Shown one piece after another: positions 43,277-54,100 of a stretch of 64,000 bases of DNA. Source of the stretch: Nitrososphaerales archaeon. GTDB lineage: Archaea; Thermoproteota; Nitrososphaeria; Nitrososphaerales; UBA213. Made by a program: the position numbers and the translations under genes. The notes beneath the pieces are model-generated. The model did no database searches. It was not told the origin of the DNA and was given only the letters and a program-made list of their open reading frames with translations. Positions within the stretch are counted from its first letter, which is position 1. The number at the start of each line of letters is the position of its first letter. Location: positions 33,839 through 97,838 of the forward strand of contig CBDAOC010000015.1 of the NCBI GenBank assembly GCA_965197925.1, in the 5' to 3' direction.

Positions 43277-43356
43277 ACGAAACATCTGCGACATGGCAGC
43301 CACCCTGAACAAGACACCATGCATCAAGCCAAAGAAAAACAGCATCAGAAATTCCA

Positions 43357-43602
43357 ATGATAGTCAGTCATGAAAAAATGGTTCCTCCGTACCAAGATAA
43401 TCAAGATGAATCCAATAAACACCACCGCAAAAGATCACTTGTAGAATCTGTCCTTGCAGTACTCAAAGGCGTCTTCGGAAATAATCTGTCATCAAAGAAG
43501 AAACTAATCCAGGGAAGGGAGCCGGCATTGCGCGTTATTTGCTACAACATGCGAGTTGTTAATCTGATGGATGTCAGAAAACATGTCAGGGGACGGTTTT
43601 AG
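43357..43602 (+). pseudogene. DDE transposase C-terminal fragment (IS5/ISH1-like)
   Basis: RKRSLVESVLAVLKGVFG...RE..LRVICYN. Confidence 0.7.
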
Positions 43603-43655
43603 GACACACCCATCATGAGCGAAAAATTTAATTGTTATTTTGTTATCTCTAATGC

Positions 43656-44888
43656 GTGTTTGCTTGTGCTTTACATTCCAGATCAAGATCATTGACACAG
43701 ATCAGCATGCCATCATCGCCTGTCCTGCGCGTCCTTCCTGCAGCAATCCCTTTTATCTGCGTCGTTTCTGCTGCCCTGCTGTCATCATACTATGAATCTG
43801 ATCATTATTCTAGTCCCAAAAAGCAGCTAGAGTCCGGCGTTGCGCCAGAGGATATACAATGCAGGGATTACAAGGTACTGGTGATCCGTGACAATGGGGT
43901 TCCGACATGCGTAATGGAGGCAGCTGCCAAGAAAATGAAAGGACATATGATTGCGACAGAAGAGCAGCCAAAAACAAGGCCTGTCAATTCTAACGCTACC
44001 ATACAATGTAATAGCATGTTGGTAAGATCCCCTGATGGAGACATGGGATGTGTATATGAAGGCACTGCAAAACGGCTCGAATTTCGTAATTGGGAATCTT
44101 TAGGAAATTATACTATAAGACCAGAAATGTTGGATGAACTTCGGGATTCATCGCGACCAGCATTACAACCATTGCCCAATTCGCCAGACATTACACTGAG
44201 CATATCAGATCTGCCGGTAGTTGGCAAGAGTGCAGATGTCACCGCTACAGTGACGTTTCCCAACACTACATCCATAGCAGATGCACATTTCCTTTTTGTA
44301 TTAACCAACACGTTGAATGTGTCGTCATCAGATTCTAAAATATCTAAAATAGCACCAAAACAGGGTTTTCCAGGCTATCACCGCCTTAAGATAAGTCCCG
44401 TAATACCCGGATACACCTACCAATTTAATATGACCGTTATTCCAACCAAGGAGGACAAGGTCGAGATACGAGTTGATGATTATAGTGATCATAGCAGTAG
44501 GTACATAGGCTCTGATGCGATCTATCTTTCAATTGGAAGTCAAAGGTCGGATTACCAACTGGATTCTGATTCTCATGTACGAGATCCAAGAATAGATTAT
44601 GTTTGGACGCAAAGACCGCACCCTCAGTGTTGGTCCCCGCCGTGGTTTAAGACGGACCAAACAGTGCAAGACTATTATAGCGATTTAGGAATCACTGTTC
44701 TTGATAGTTTTTTTTTGGACTACCCCTCCGATCCGTGTGCGGCATGCGGTTGTTTGGGAGGCTCAATGTTGTTTTTAACGCCCCGGTCAGATTATAACAA
44801 GATCCCTGCTATCGGGACGATAGACTATGGAGGGCATTATTTCCCCGAGGAAATGGCGGCGAACTTGCAATACCGTTACATAACTTAG
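43656..44888 (+). CDS. Secreted/surface protein with two thaumarchaeal Cys-pair repeats
   Basis: Signal-like helix; SPKKQLESGVAPEDIQC...NGVPTCV and a second IQC...DGDMGCV...LEFRNW; beta-rich middle; CAACGC near the C-terminus. Confidence 0.7.
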   Translation: MFACALHSRSRSLTQISMPSSPVLRVLPAAIPFICVVSAALLSSYYESDHYSSPKKQLESGVAPEDIQCRDYKVLVIRDNGVPTCVMEAAAKKMKGHMIATEEQPKTRPVNSNATIQCNSMLVRSPDGDMGCVYEGTAKRLEFRNWESLGNYTIRPEMLDELRDSSRPALQPLPNSPDITLSISDLPVVGKSADVTATVTFPNTTSIADAHFLFVLTNTLNVSSSDSKISKIAPKQGFPGYHRLKISPVIPGYTYQFNMTVIPTKEDKVEIRVDDYSDHSSRYIGSDAIYLSIGSQRSDYQLDSDSHVRDPRIDYVWTQRPHPQCWSPPWFKTDQTVQDYYSDLGITVLDSFFLDYPSDPCAACGCLGGSMLFLTPRSDYNKIPAIGTIDYGGHYFPEEMAANLQYRYIT

Positions 44889-44990
44889 GATTCGACTAGC
44901 TATAGATTATGGGGTATAGGAGGAAATGGCGGCGAACTTGCAATACCGTTACATATCGGAACGATAGACTATGGAGGGCATTATTTCCCC
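44811..44990 (+). repeat. Permuted direct repeats A-B-x-B-A with 36-bp units
   Basis: A = atcgg(g/a)acgatagactatggagggcattatttcccc (44811, 44955); B = gaggaaatggcggcgaacttgcaataccgttacata (44847, 44920). Confidence 0.9.
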
Positions 44991-45124
44991 TGACTTGTCC
45001 CGGTAAACTGAGCCGGTCAAATAAATAACAATCTGATCAACATTTTTGCGTCACAACAGCTGGCCGGGACTTTTGCAGAGATATTTGTAGCAACCAGGGG
45101 AACCATGATTGCTCTTGGCACATT

Positions 45125-45610
45125 TTATATCCAAAGTTCAACTTTTAGGATAGGTTGAATACTCCTTGAACAAATTATTGCAGCCCGTCCCTTCTCGTTT
45201 AGCTGGGAAAGCATGTGCTGGATAAAGGCAAAGTCGGCCTTGTCCCTTGCAGGAGGAATGCCGAATCTGAATCTATTATGAGGATCCTTTTCCGCACCCT
45301 TATTGTCCCAGTCCATAGAAAAGGGGGAATTGGCCAGGACCCTATCATGGGATTTTGTCTTGCCATCATCGACAGGCTTTGGACTTGATAGCACATCGCC
45401 GTATTCTATGAAGTCAGGGATCCCATGCAGTACCATGTTCATCCTGCACATTGCCAGGTTCCCATAGTTTGATTCCTGGCCATCAAGAACGGGTTTCTTG
45501 GGTCTCCATCATGCTTTTCGGCGTGTCTTCGGGATACAATCAGCATGCTGCCAGAACCATAGGCAGGATCACGGATCCTCATTCCTTCCTTTGGTTCGAT
45601 TAGAATTACA
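45125..45610 (-). pseudogene. hsdM: Type I R-M methyltransferase internal fragment
   Basis: DPAYGSGSML, CRMNMVLHGI, VLANSPFS (degenerate NPPF) and ADFAFIQH motifs; truncated at both ends. Confidence 0.85.
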
Positions 45611-46587
45611 AACTTCAGATGGCCAAAAAACCATAATGCTACTACCATAAGCCAAGAGAATAACGCACTATTCAGAAGAAGTTTAGATTTGAACGTCATA
45701 CGCTGTCTATCCAGTAATCTGGGTAATTCTGATTTATGACAAATATCGAGGAAGCTATTCTATGCCATATTGAAGCTTTTCCTGAAGAATTTGAAAAGAT
45801 CCGTTACAATATAGAAATAAAGGAGAATGCCAAAGAAGAAAAGAGACTTGAAGTACCTGCATAAACTCCCTATTATTTCGTGGAAAAAACTTTTGAGGGT
45901 TTTACAAAAAGAAGGCTTATCGTCTTATACATAAAAAAGGTATCATATGTCTCTTTCAGGTGGCAGTCAAAGTAACAGTTCCCAGACATAATGAGTTCAA
46001 ACGTGGAACGCCGATGTCAATTATAGGAGAGTGGGTTTAACAAAAGAAGAATTTCTTAATTTATTATATAGTCTGTATAACTATTTTCTTACATGCAATA
46101 TCTCGTGCTTGCCCTTCTTCCAGTGTGCAGACAATCAGTCTGCACAATAACTCTATCTTCAGAAACCCCTGGCACTGATCCAGGGATAAAGGGTTTTTTT
46201 TTCTTTTCCTGCTTCTCCCTTCAGAAACCAGTTCAGTCCGAATCAGTCGGAATGGTAGCTTTCCCAGTACGGAACTAGGATTTTCGGATAGGCCTAATAC
46301 TTGGAAACAAAGGCGGGTGAGCCAATGAAAGAGGATCGGGGAAGGAAGGAAGACCGGCTTTAGCCCCTGTACGGAGTAAAAACAATGGTATTTGTAATAA
46401 TATTTTAGCATATTGTTACCAATGATCAGTAACATATTAGAAAACATGCTGTTATAGTACCATTGATGTATGAGGAAGGCAAATGCGTGGCCCGTTCTGG
46501 CATGGAAAGAAAAGAACAAATGGATTACACTAATACAGAACGCAAGTAGCTAAGTCATGAATCGATTACAAAAAAACAAGGGTTGAG

Positions 46588-46899
46588 TTATGGCACCACA
46601 TAGCTGCCTTTATCTGTCATATATTTTGCAATCTTTTTTGCTAACGGAGTAGCAGTGAACACTCGTTCATAACTGTCGGCCTTTTCCTCAAAATGTGATT
46701 TCAATATGCCCGCTTCTTCCAACTGATACAAGCGCAAAAGTTTCTTATTGTCAACATCGATCGTAATGGGTTTATTTTCATGTACTACATGTTTTATTAT
46801 GCCTCTCCCTAAATCATCAGCGATCAACGATGCATGGATCACAAAATTTCGTATCCCCAAGTCATGAGTTTGTTTGATGGTATCCTCTATTTTCATCAT
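46588..46899 (-). CDS. Small winged-helix-like protein
   Basis: RLYQLEEAGILKS...RVFTATPLA. Confidence 0.55.
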   Translation of the reverse strand: MMKIEDTIKQTHDLGIRNFVIHASLIADDLGRGIIKHVVHENKPITIDVDNKKLLRLYQLEEAGILKSHFEEKADSYERVFTATPLAKKIAKYMTDKGSYVVP

Positions 46900-46944
46900 A
46901 TATTATTATATCTCCGAATCTGTTTATAATGGTTGCGTATTTGT

Positions 46945-47082
46945 TGCTTTGTTGCACAACTCAAATTCCGCAATTTTTTGCCTTATGGCTAGATAATTGA
47001 AAATGCAATCCAGGGATTCGCACCACAATAACAGAATAACTTCGTTATCCAGTAATGGATTTCATGGTTATGCAACAAGGAA
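46945..47082 (-). mobile_element. MITE copy 2 (138 bp), inverted relative to copy 1
   Basis: tgctttgttgcacaac ... gttatgcaacaaggaa. Confidence 0.9.
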
Positions 47083-47419
47083 TATTTTATGCATTTTTTG
47101 ATACAGTTACCCTCCATATCTATGGCTTAATATATGGTGAAGAAATTTTGTTTGGAAATATATAAAGCAATAATTCCTACAGCTAGACCTAAAGATCCTA
47201 AAATTATTGCAATTACAGACGGCGTATCTGCTTGATAATTAATTTTTGTTACTGAATCTTGAATCTCAACGAGTTTCGATAATATTTCCTCTGTAGTCAT
47301 CTTGAATAAATCTAACTAGATATAATACTGATTGGAATTTGAACGTTTTTTTACAAAATTAACAAGACCGTATTGAGAATCAAAAAGTCTCGAATTGATA
47401 AATGTCTGTCCAACATTTA

Positions 47420-47660
47420 CTGCAAGTAATGCAGCAACGGAATTACCACTCATGAATGCAACAGAACCGGCAAGAACAGATGACAGGATGAAGACATCTT
47501 ACATGCGAGTCAGAAAAAGACACGGCCATGCAATCACAATTACGCATGTAGAAACAAGATGCTTGCGATAATGTGGCAATGCTTAACACAAAAACACTTT
47601 ACGCTCAACGAAAAGACAAGCTGTATCAAGGCTTAAGAGGATCAATATGCAATAAAACTC
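47420..47660 (+). pseudogene. IS110-family transposase C-terminal remnant
   Basis: Translated by hand across frameshifts: RMKTSYMRVRKRHG...ITHV.NKMLAIMW.ML..KTLY..RKDKLY. Confidence 0.55.
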
Positions 47661-47924
47661 AAGCTGGAATTAGGATAGAAAATAATTGTGGATAGTCACG
47701 GATGGTTACATGTGTTCAGCACAGCAGTATGAAGTAAAGAATGGTGAGGAGGTGTATGCTCCAGACACATTAGAACCGTTGACAAAAATGTCGAACACGA
47801 CAGATTAAGAGAAGTTTCAACTAGTGGCTATCTTGCCCTTCAACACTATATGGTCATTAAATCAGAAAAACAGCAAAACACAAGGATCATTTTAATATCT
47901 CTATCTGATTCATAAAATACTACC

Positions 47925-49985
47925 ATGCGAATGCAAAGATTTCGAATTCAAAATTATAAGAAAATTCAAGATACTGACTGGATTGAATGCAATAATATAA
48001 CAGCATTTGTTGGAAAGAACGAAGCTGGAAAATCTGCCTTATTTAGGGGATTGTCAAAAATCAACCCCTCTGACGGAGAAAAATATGACGGATTAAAAGA
48101 ATTTCCACGTAGAAGATACACTGCTGAGTTTAACCAAAAAGATTGGCCCGTAAGTAGCGTAGAATTCAAGTTAGATGGTAATGATGTCAAAAAACTAGGA
48201 GAAATCTGTTCAGCACTTGAAGGAGTTTCGGAAGTAGTTGTAACCAGATGTTATTCAAATGAGTACACATTTGAATTCAAACCAGAAGCAAGCATTCCAA
48301 GTCTTTCAGTAAAATCATATCTTAGTTCTCTAAATGACTGGAAAACAAAAGTTGACAATGCTAAGGTACCCAAAGAGCAGGTGGAAACAACAGGTAAAAT
48401 TAAAACTGCAATAAACGATGTTCTTGATTCAACCATACAAAGTCTGAAGGAGAAAGACCCCTCTGACTCAATTGATACGGCGACGGTACAAAAAATTTCA
48501 CATGTGTTAACATCAAATTTGAATGAATGGGGGAAAAACCTGTTTAAGGAAATAGCTGATGGAAATAACAAATTCCTTGAGGCAACAAATACTGTAGACA
48601 AAATTGCCAAAGCAGAACGTTGGGTTTTAGGAAACATGCCACAGTATATCTATTTTGATAGATATGATATGATTGATAGCGCTGTACATATTGGGAGATT
48701 TATCAGCGAATTGAGCCAATGTCCTAGCAACCCACGTTTGCGAACAACAAAATGTCTTTTTGAACATGTAGGATTAAAACCCGAGTCTCTTCAAAAGTTA
48801 AATCCTAATAATAAAGATAAGGCGGAGGAAGAACTCCGTAGATTGGCTGACGAACGATCAATTAGTTTATCATCTGCCTCTAGTACAATGACAGAAAAGT
48901 TTGCTAATTGGTGGGAACAAAGAAAACACAAGTTCCGTTATGACATTGATGGACAGTTCTTCCGTGTTTGGGTTTCTGATGATCTTGATCCAAGTGAAAT
49001 TGAACTGGATCAGAGAAGTGCAGGAATGCAGTATTTCTTTTCATTCTACCTTGTTTTTCTAGTGGAGGCATTTGATGCTCACAAAAATTCAATTTTGTTG
49101 CTTGATGAACCCGGCCTTCACTATCATGGTACTGCACAAAGAAAGGTAGTCAAGTTCCTGCAAAAGATCTCAGAAGACAACCAACTTCTGTACTCAACGC
49201 ATTCTCCTTTTATGATAGATGGAGAAAGACTACAGGATGTTCGAATTGTTTATGAACATGAAAAGGAGGGACATACTCTTGTATCCTCCGATGTTTGGCC
49301 ACATGACCCGGACTCGTTGTTCCCATTACAGGCAGGCTTGGGTTATTCTTTAGCCCAGACATTATTCTATTCTAAATACAATTTTGTTGTCGAAGGAATA
49401 ACCGACTATTTAATTCTAAAGGCAATGAATGAACTTCTTGCAAGGAAAAATATGGAAACGCTGGGTCGTGACGTGGTCATCATTCCATCTGGCGGTACTA
49501 GAAATATTATGCCATTGGCCGCTATGCTTGTTGGAAACGACCTAAAACTAGCGGTTCTCTTAGACGGTGACCAGCCAGGAATTCAGGAAGAAAAACGACT
49601 CAAAGAAAAACTTTTGGTAAATTGTTTACTTGTAAATTCTTTTGCAGGTAAAGATAATGCAGAAATTGAGGACTTGTTTCTTGAAGAGTTTTACATGAAA
49701 GCATTAGAGGCATATTCTGGCAAAGAAGTACAGTTCAGTGAAGAAGAAAAGTCTATCGCATGCATTACTAAAAGAGTGGAACAAGCATTTGAAAGATTGA
49801 AGCTTGATGGTTTTGAGAAATGGAAAGTTGCAAATGTTTTAGTTGATTGGATTCAAAAAGATTCTGGAGAAAATAAAATATCAGATGATACATGCAAAAC
49901 ATTTGAAAAAATTTTTGTCAAAGTCAACGCACTTCTAAAGAGATATCCAACTGATCCCAAAACTGATCATTTAGTGAATAATTGA
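47925..49985 (+). CDS. OLD-family ATP-dependent nuclease (ABC ATPase plus TOPRIM)
   Basis: VGKNEAGKS, RSAG, LLLDEPG.H.H and STHSPF motifs; TOPRIM VVEGITD and LLDGD. Confidence 0.9.
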   Translation: MRMQRFRIQNYKKIQDTDWIECNNITAFVGKNEAGKSALFRGLSKINPSDGEKYDGLKEFPRRRYTAEFNQKDWPVSSVEFKLDGNDVKKLGEICSALEGVSEVVVTRCYSNEYTFEFKPEASIPSLSVKSYLSSLNDWKTKVDNAKVPKEQVETTGKIKTAINDVLDSTIQSLKEKDPSDSIDTATVQKISHVLTSNLNEWGKNLFKEIADGNNKFLEATNTVDKIAKAERWVLGNMPQYIYFDRYDMIDSAVHIGRFISELSQCPSNPRLRTTKCLFEHVGLKPESLQKLNPNNKDKAEEELRRLADERSISLSSASSTMTEKFANWWEQRKHKFRYDIDGQFFRVWVSDDLDPSEIELDQRSAGMQYFFSFYLVFLVEAFDAHKNSILLLDEPGLHYHGTAQRKVVKFLQKISEDNQLLYSTHSPFMIDGERLQDVRIVYEHEKEGHTLVSSDVWPHDPDSLFPLQAGLGYSLAQTLFYSKYNFVVEGITDYLILKAMNELLARKNMETLGRDVVIIPSGGTRNIMPLAAMLVGNDLKLAVLLDGDQPGIQEEKRLKEKLLVNCLLVNSFAGKDNAEIEDLFLEEFYMKALEAYSGKEVQFSEEEKSIACITKRVEQAFERLKLDGFEKWKVANVLVDWIQKDSGENKISDDTCKTFEKIFVKVNALLKRYPTDPKTDHLVNN

Positions 49986-50026
49986 CGATCATTTGGATCT
50001 ATTTGCAATGCTGCCTGTAGCAGATC

Positions 50027-50345
50027 ATGAAATTTCAGGAGATAACAGGTGAACAATGGAAGATGATATCACCGCATCTCCAAGCCAGCCAGAACCGGAA
50101 GGCCAAGGGCAGACGACAGACAGTCAACGGAATCCTGTTTGTCGGGATAACATGATGCAGGTGGACTGGGATGTCACAAAGGTACGGCTCCAAATCAACT
50201 GCGCACAGCAGACTGCAGAACTGGCAGCGACGTGGAATATGGAAGAATATCCTCTCCGCTGCAGTCAAATCAGCCCACAGATCAGGCAAGATGCAGATGC
50301 AAAAAACGATCGATTCGTCATCAGTTCCGGCCAAAAAATGGGGAA
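50027..50345 (+). mobile_element. IS5-family element C N-terminal remnant
   Basis: MKFQEI..EQW...YGSKSTAHSRLQNWQRRGIWK...IDSSSVPAKK. Confidence 0.75.
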
Positions 50346-50489
50346 GGGTTTTACATTTGAACTTGAAACATGACTCGCATTTTGAAACGTTGTCTATTGG
50401 ACTGGGTTCACATATACTGATCTTATTACGCATGGTACACTTGGTGTAACCTTCTCATCTTAGCTCTAGGTGTACCAGTAATTCTTGCG

Positions 50490-50680
50490 GCTTTCCTTTG
50501 AAGACGCCCTTGTCGTCTGCCAGCAAAGAGTCTCCCAACTTTAGGGCACGCCTTACATCTTGTTCAACCAGTATAACGGTAATGCCAAATTCATCGCGCA
50601 CCTGGTTGATCTTGTCTAATACTTGCCTGCCGGCTTGGGTGAAAGGCCGGCAGTTGGCTCATCGAAGGGCATGCATTCTC
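50490..50680 (-). pseudogene. ABC transporter ATPase fragment (LivF-like)
   Basis: DEPTAGLSPK...GITVILVEQDVRRAL. Confidence 0.6.
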
Positions 50681-51198
50681 CATTATTATTATACAGCCAA
50701 ACTATTTTTAAAATTCTCAAACATCGCGACGCTACCGAACAGATTCTTGTCTTTGTTACCCCTAATGTATCTTGATAATTGCTTCCGCCTTTGGCTTGGC
50801 AGTCTTTGCTGTGATTCCTGCCTTTGTCAAACAGCCCTGCCCTTCCATCAATCATGCGAAAAGTCTACATAAGATGCACAGGCCCTGGCCAGCCCGGCGA
50901 TCTAGCCATTATCGTCATGTCCAGATCATCAGAATTGACCAGGGCCGAAAACACGAAACGGGGGAAGGGATCCAGACGGCATAAGACGTGACTTTCAAGC
51001 AACAAAGACCATGAGTACAGAAAAGGTTTGGAGGAATGTGTTGGCATGGCTTGTGAGGATGGGCATTACCTGCAGGCTGCGGGGGTCTTCCATACAATAC
51101 AAACGGATGCTTCCAAGCGGAAATGGGATTATATACCGCAATGTAGATGGTTGTCGCATGATAGGTTATTTCAGGCCTGGTGGTAGTGGTCGCAAGGC

Positions 51199-54100
51199 GT
51201 GATGACATTTGATGATGTCCTAGGGAAGATTAAAGGCGAGGCGACAGACAGCAGGGATCTTGGCACCAGGTTTGAAAGCATGATGCTGGATTTTTTCAGG
51301 ACGGACAAGCACTACAAGAACAGGTTCGGCGACAGGGTCTGGCTTTGGAAAAAATGGGCATATGACAACAAGGTGTACAGGCCTGACGAGGGAATTGACA
51401 TAGTGGCCGAAGAGGCAAACGGGGATCTGTGCGGAATACAGTGCAAGTGCTATGCGGATGACCACAGCATAGACCTCAAGGCACTCGGCACGTTCATGAC
51501 TGCCTGCACCACATACAAAATGAGAAACGTGATCCTGGTCTATACCGGGGATCATGTCACGGAAAAAGCCGAGCATCATCTCAAAAAGCACAACGGCGCC
51601 ATCATAACACAGGAGACACTGCGTTCTTCAAGTGTTGACTGGGGCGATTTTCCAAGGCTCAAGGTGAGGCGGCCGTACGAGCTTTACCCGTTTCAAAAGG
51701 CTGCGTTTGACGACTCGATTAAAAATTTCAAAACGAGTAACCGCGGACAGCTCATCATGGCATGCGGCACCGGCAAGACGCTGGTCTCGCTCAGGATAAT
51801 GGAAAAAGTGGTACCGCATAACGGCATCGTGCTGTACCTGGTGCCGTCAATAACCCTGATACAGCAGAGCATGAGGAGCTGGTCCGAAAACAGGAAGACC
51901 GGACAGTACTATGTCGGGGTATGCTCGGACAAGTCGGTATCCGGCGAGGAGGGAAGCATAGCGGAGCTGGAATCCCCGGTATCGACCAGGCCTGAAGACC
52001 TGAAGCGGTATCTGAAGGAGAGGCCGGGCGACCGCACGACCGTCATATTCTGCACGTACAACTCGATACAGGTGGTGGCTGACTCTCTCGGCGGGCGGAA
52101 GATAGATCTGGCACTATGCGACGAGGCGCATCGAACCATCGGCGGTGCTGGCGATTCATACTTTACCACGGTCCACGAGGATTCGCGTATTCCAATAGAA
52201 AAGAGGCTCTACATGACGGCCACACAGAAGATCTTCACGCCCAAGATAAGAATGGCCGCCGATGCCCAGGAGAAGGTCATCTACGCCATGGATGACGAAG
52301 AGGTGTACGGCCCGATCTTCCATGAGCTGGCGTTTGGCGATGCGGTCCACAAGCACGGGGCACTCTCGGACTACCGCGTCATAATAGCGTCCATCAGCCA
52401 GGCCGACATGAATCCCGACCTGCAGCAAAGCATGGCCGACGATGACGGGCTGCTTTCACTCGGCACCAAGAACAAGATGGTGGCCACATGGCATGCCCTG
52501 AGATATCCTGAAGGCGAGGACGCGGGCGAGATGCTGCTTCAGCATGCAATAGTATTCTCCAACACCATAAGGGCGTCAAAAGATTTTACCGGCGGGCCTG
52601 ACGGCGGGCCTGACGGCGGGCCTGACGAGGATCCGGCTGATTCAGGCAAGACCCCGGAGTACGGTTTCAGGGGGTGGTAAGCAAGGTAAACCAGTCCGAG
52701 TCGACAAGCAAGAACGTCTCCGTGCTACACGTGGACGGCGGTACACGCGCGCTGAAGAGAAAGAGGCATCTCAGGTGGCTTGCGGAAAGCATTGACGACC
52801 GGGACGTCTGCCGCATCCTGTCAAATGCCAGGTGCCTGTCCGAGGGAATCGACGTTCCGGCGCTTGACTGCGTGGTATTCATGGAGCCAAGAAGATCCGT
52901 CGTGGATGTAGTGCAGGCCGTGGGCAGGATCATGCGAAAATCAAGGGGCAAAAAATACGGATATGTCATACTGCCGGTGGCCGTCCCCGCGGGCGTGGAC
53001 ATCAATGACACGCTTGATGACAACAGGACGTGGGGCACGGTCTGGGAAGTCCTGAATGCATTGCGTTCACATGACCCTGACCTGAATCTGGACATCAACA
53101 AGCTCGTGCTTGACAAGAAAATCTCGAATGGCAGGGTAGGCGAAAAAATAAGGCTGATGTCGGTAACGGATAGCGGCCAGGCACCCGACAAAAAATACCT
53201 TGACAAATTTTACGCCAAGCTGGCCTCCAGGCTTGTTGAGAAGGTGGGCGATGCCAACTATTATGACAAGTACGGGGAGAAACTTGGAGAGGCTTCGAGA
53301 GCAATAGAGGAAAGAATCACCGCCAAAATAAGGTCATCCGACGCCGTTCTAGACGAGGTCCGGAACCTGCACGCCAGCCTCAAGACCGTGATAAACGACG
53401 CCGTGACCCAGGACGATGCGGTACGCGTAATGGCACAGCACCTTGTACTCTCGCGCGTCTTTGATGCCATGTTCCAGGGGGAGTTCCAGTCACACAACCC
53501 GATATCCGTCGCGCTTGACGGCGTGGCCAAAAAGGTCGGGCTTGACGGGGAGCTCGAGGGTCTTGAGGACTTTTACAGTGAGGCACAGAGCGAGTTGAGG
53601 GAGGTTACCACGCGTGAGGCAAGACAGAACTTTATCAAGAAGATTTACGAGAATTTTTTCAAGAGCGTGTCCAAAAACGAGACCGAGCAGCACGGCGTGG
53701 TGTACACGCCTGTCGAGATCGTGGACTTTATCATAAAAAGCATAGAGCATGTCCTGCGTGAAGAGTTTGGCCGCGGACTTGACAGCAAGGACGTAAAAAT
53801 CCTTGACCCGTTTGCGGGCACCGGGACGTTCATTTCCAGGCTGCTGGAGTCCGGGCTAGTCAGGGAAAACATGTATGAGAAGTATCGAGAGGACATGCAT
53901 GCAAACGAGCTGATCCTTCTTGCGTACTATATTGCCACGGTCAACATAGAGACCACGTACTCAAGCCTCAACAACATGAAGTACGTGCCGTTTGAAGGAA
54001 TTGCATACACCGATACACTGCAACAGGATCCCAGATACCTGGAAGACCCAAGCCACAGGCAGAAGACCGTGACGCTGGACAATGCATTTATCGGTGCCTA

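Noticed and set aside
44847..44955. Two 36-bp repeats with a 37-bp spacer resembling a CRISPR mini-array
   Set aside because: Only two units, the repeat is coding sequence of the upstream gene, it lacks a CRISPR-like terminus, and there are no cas genes nearby.
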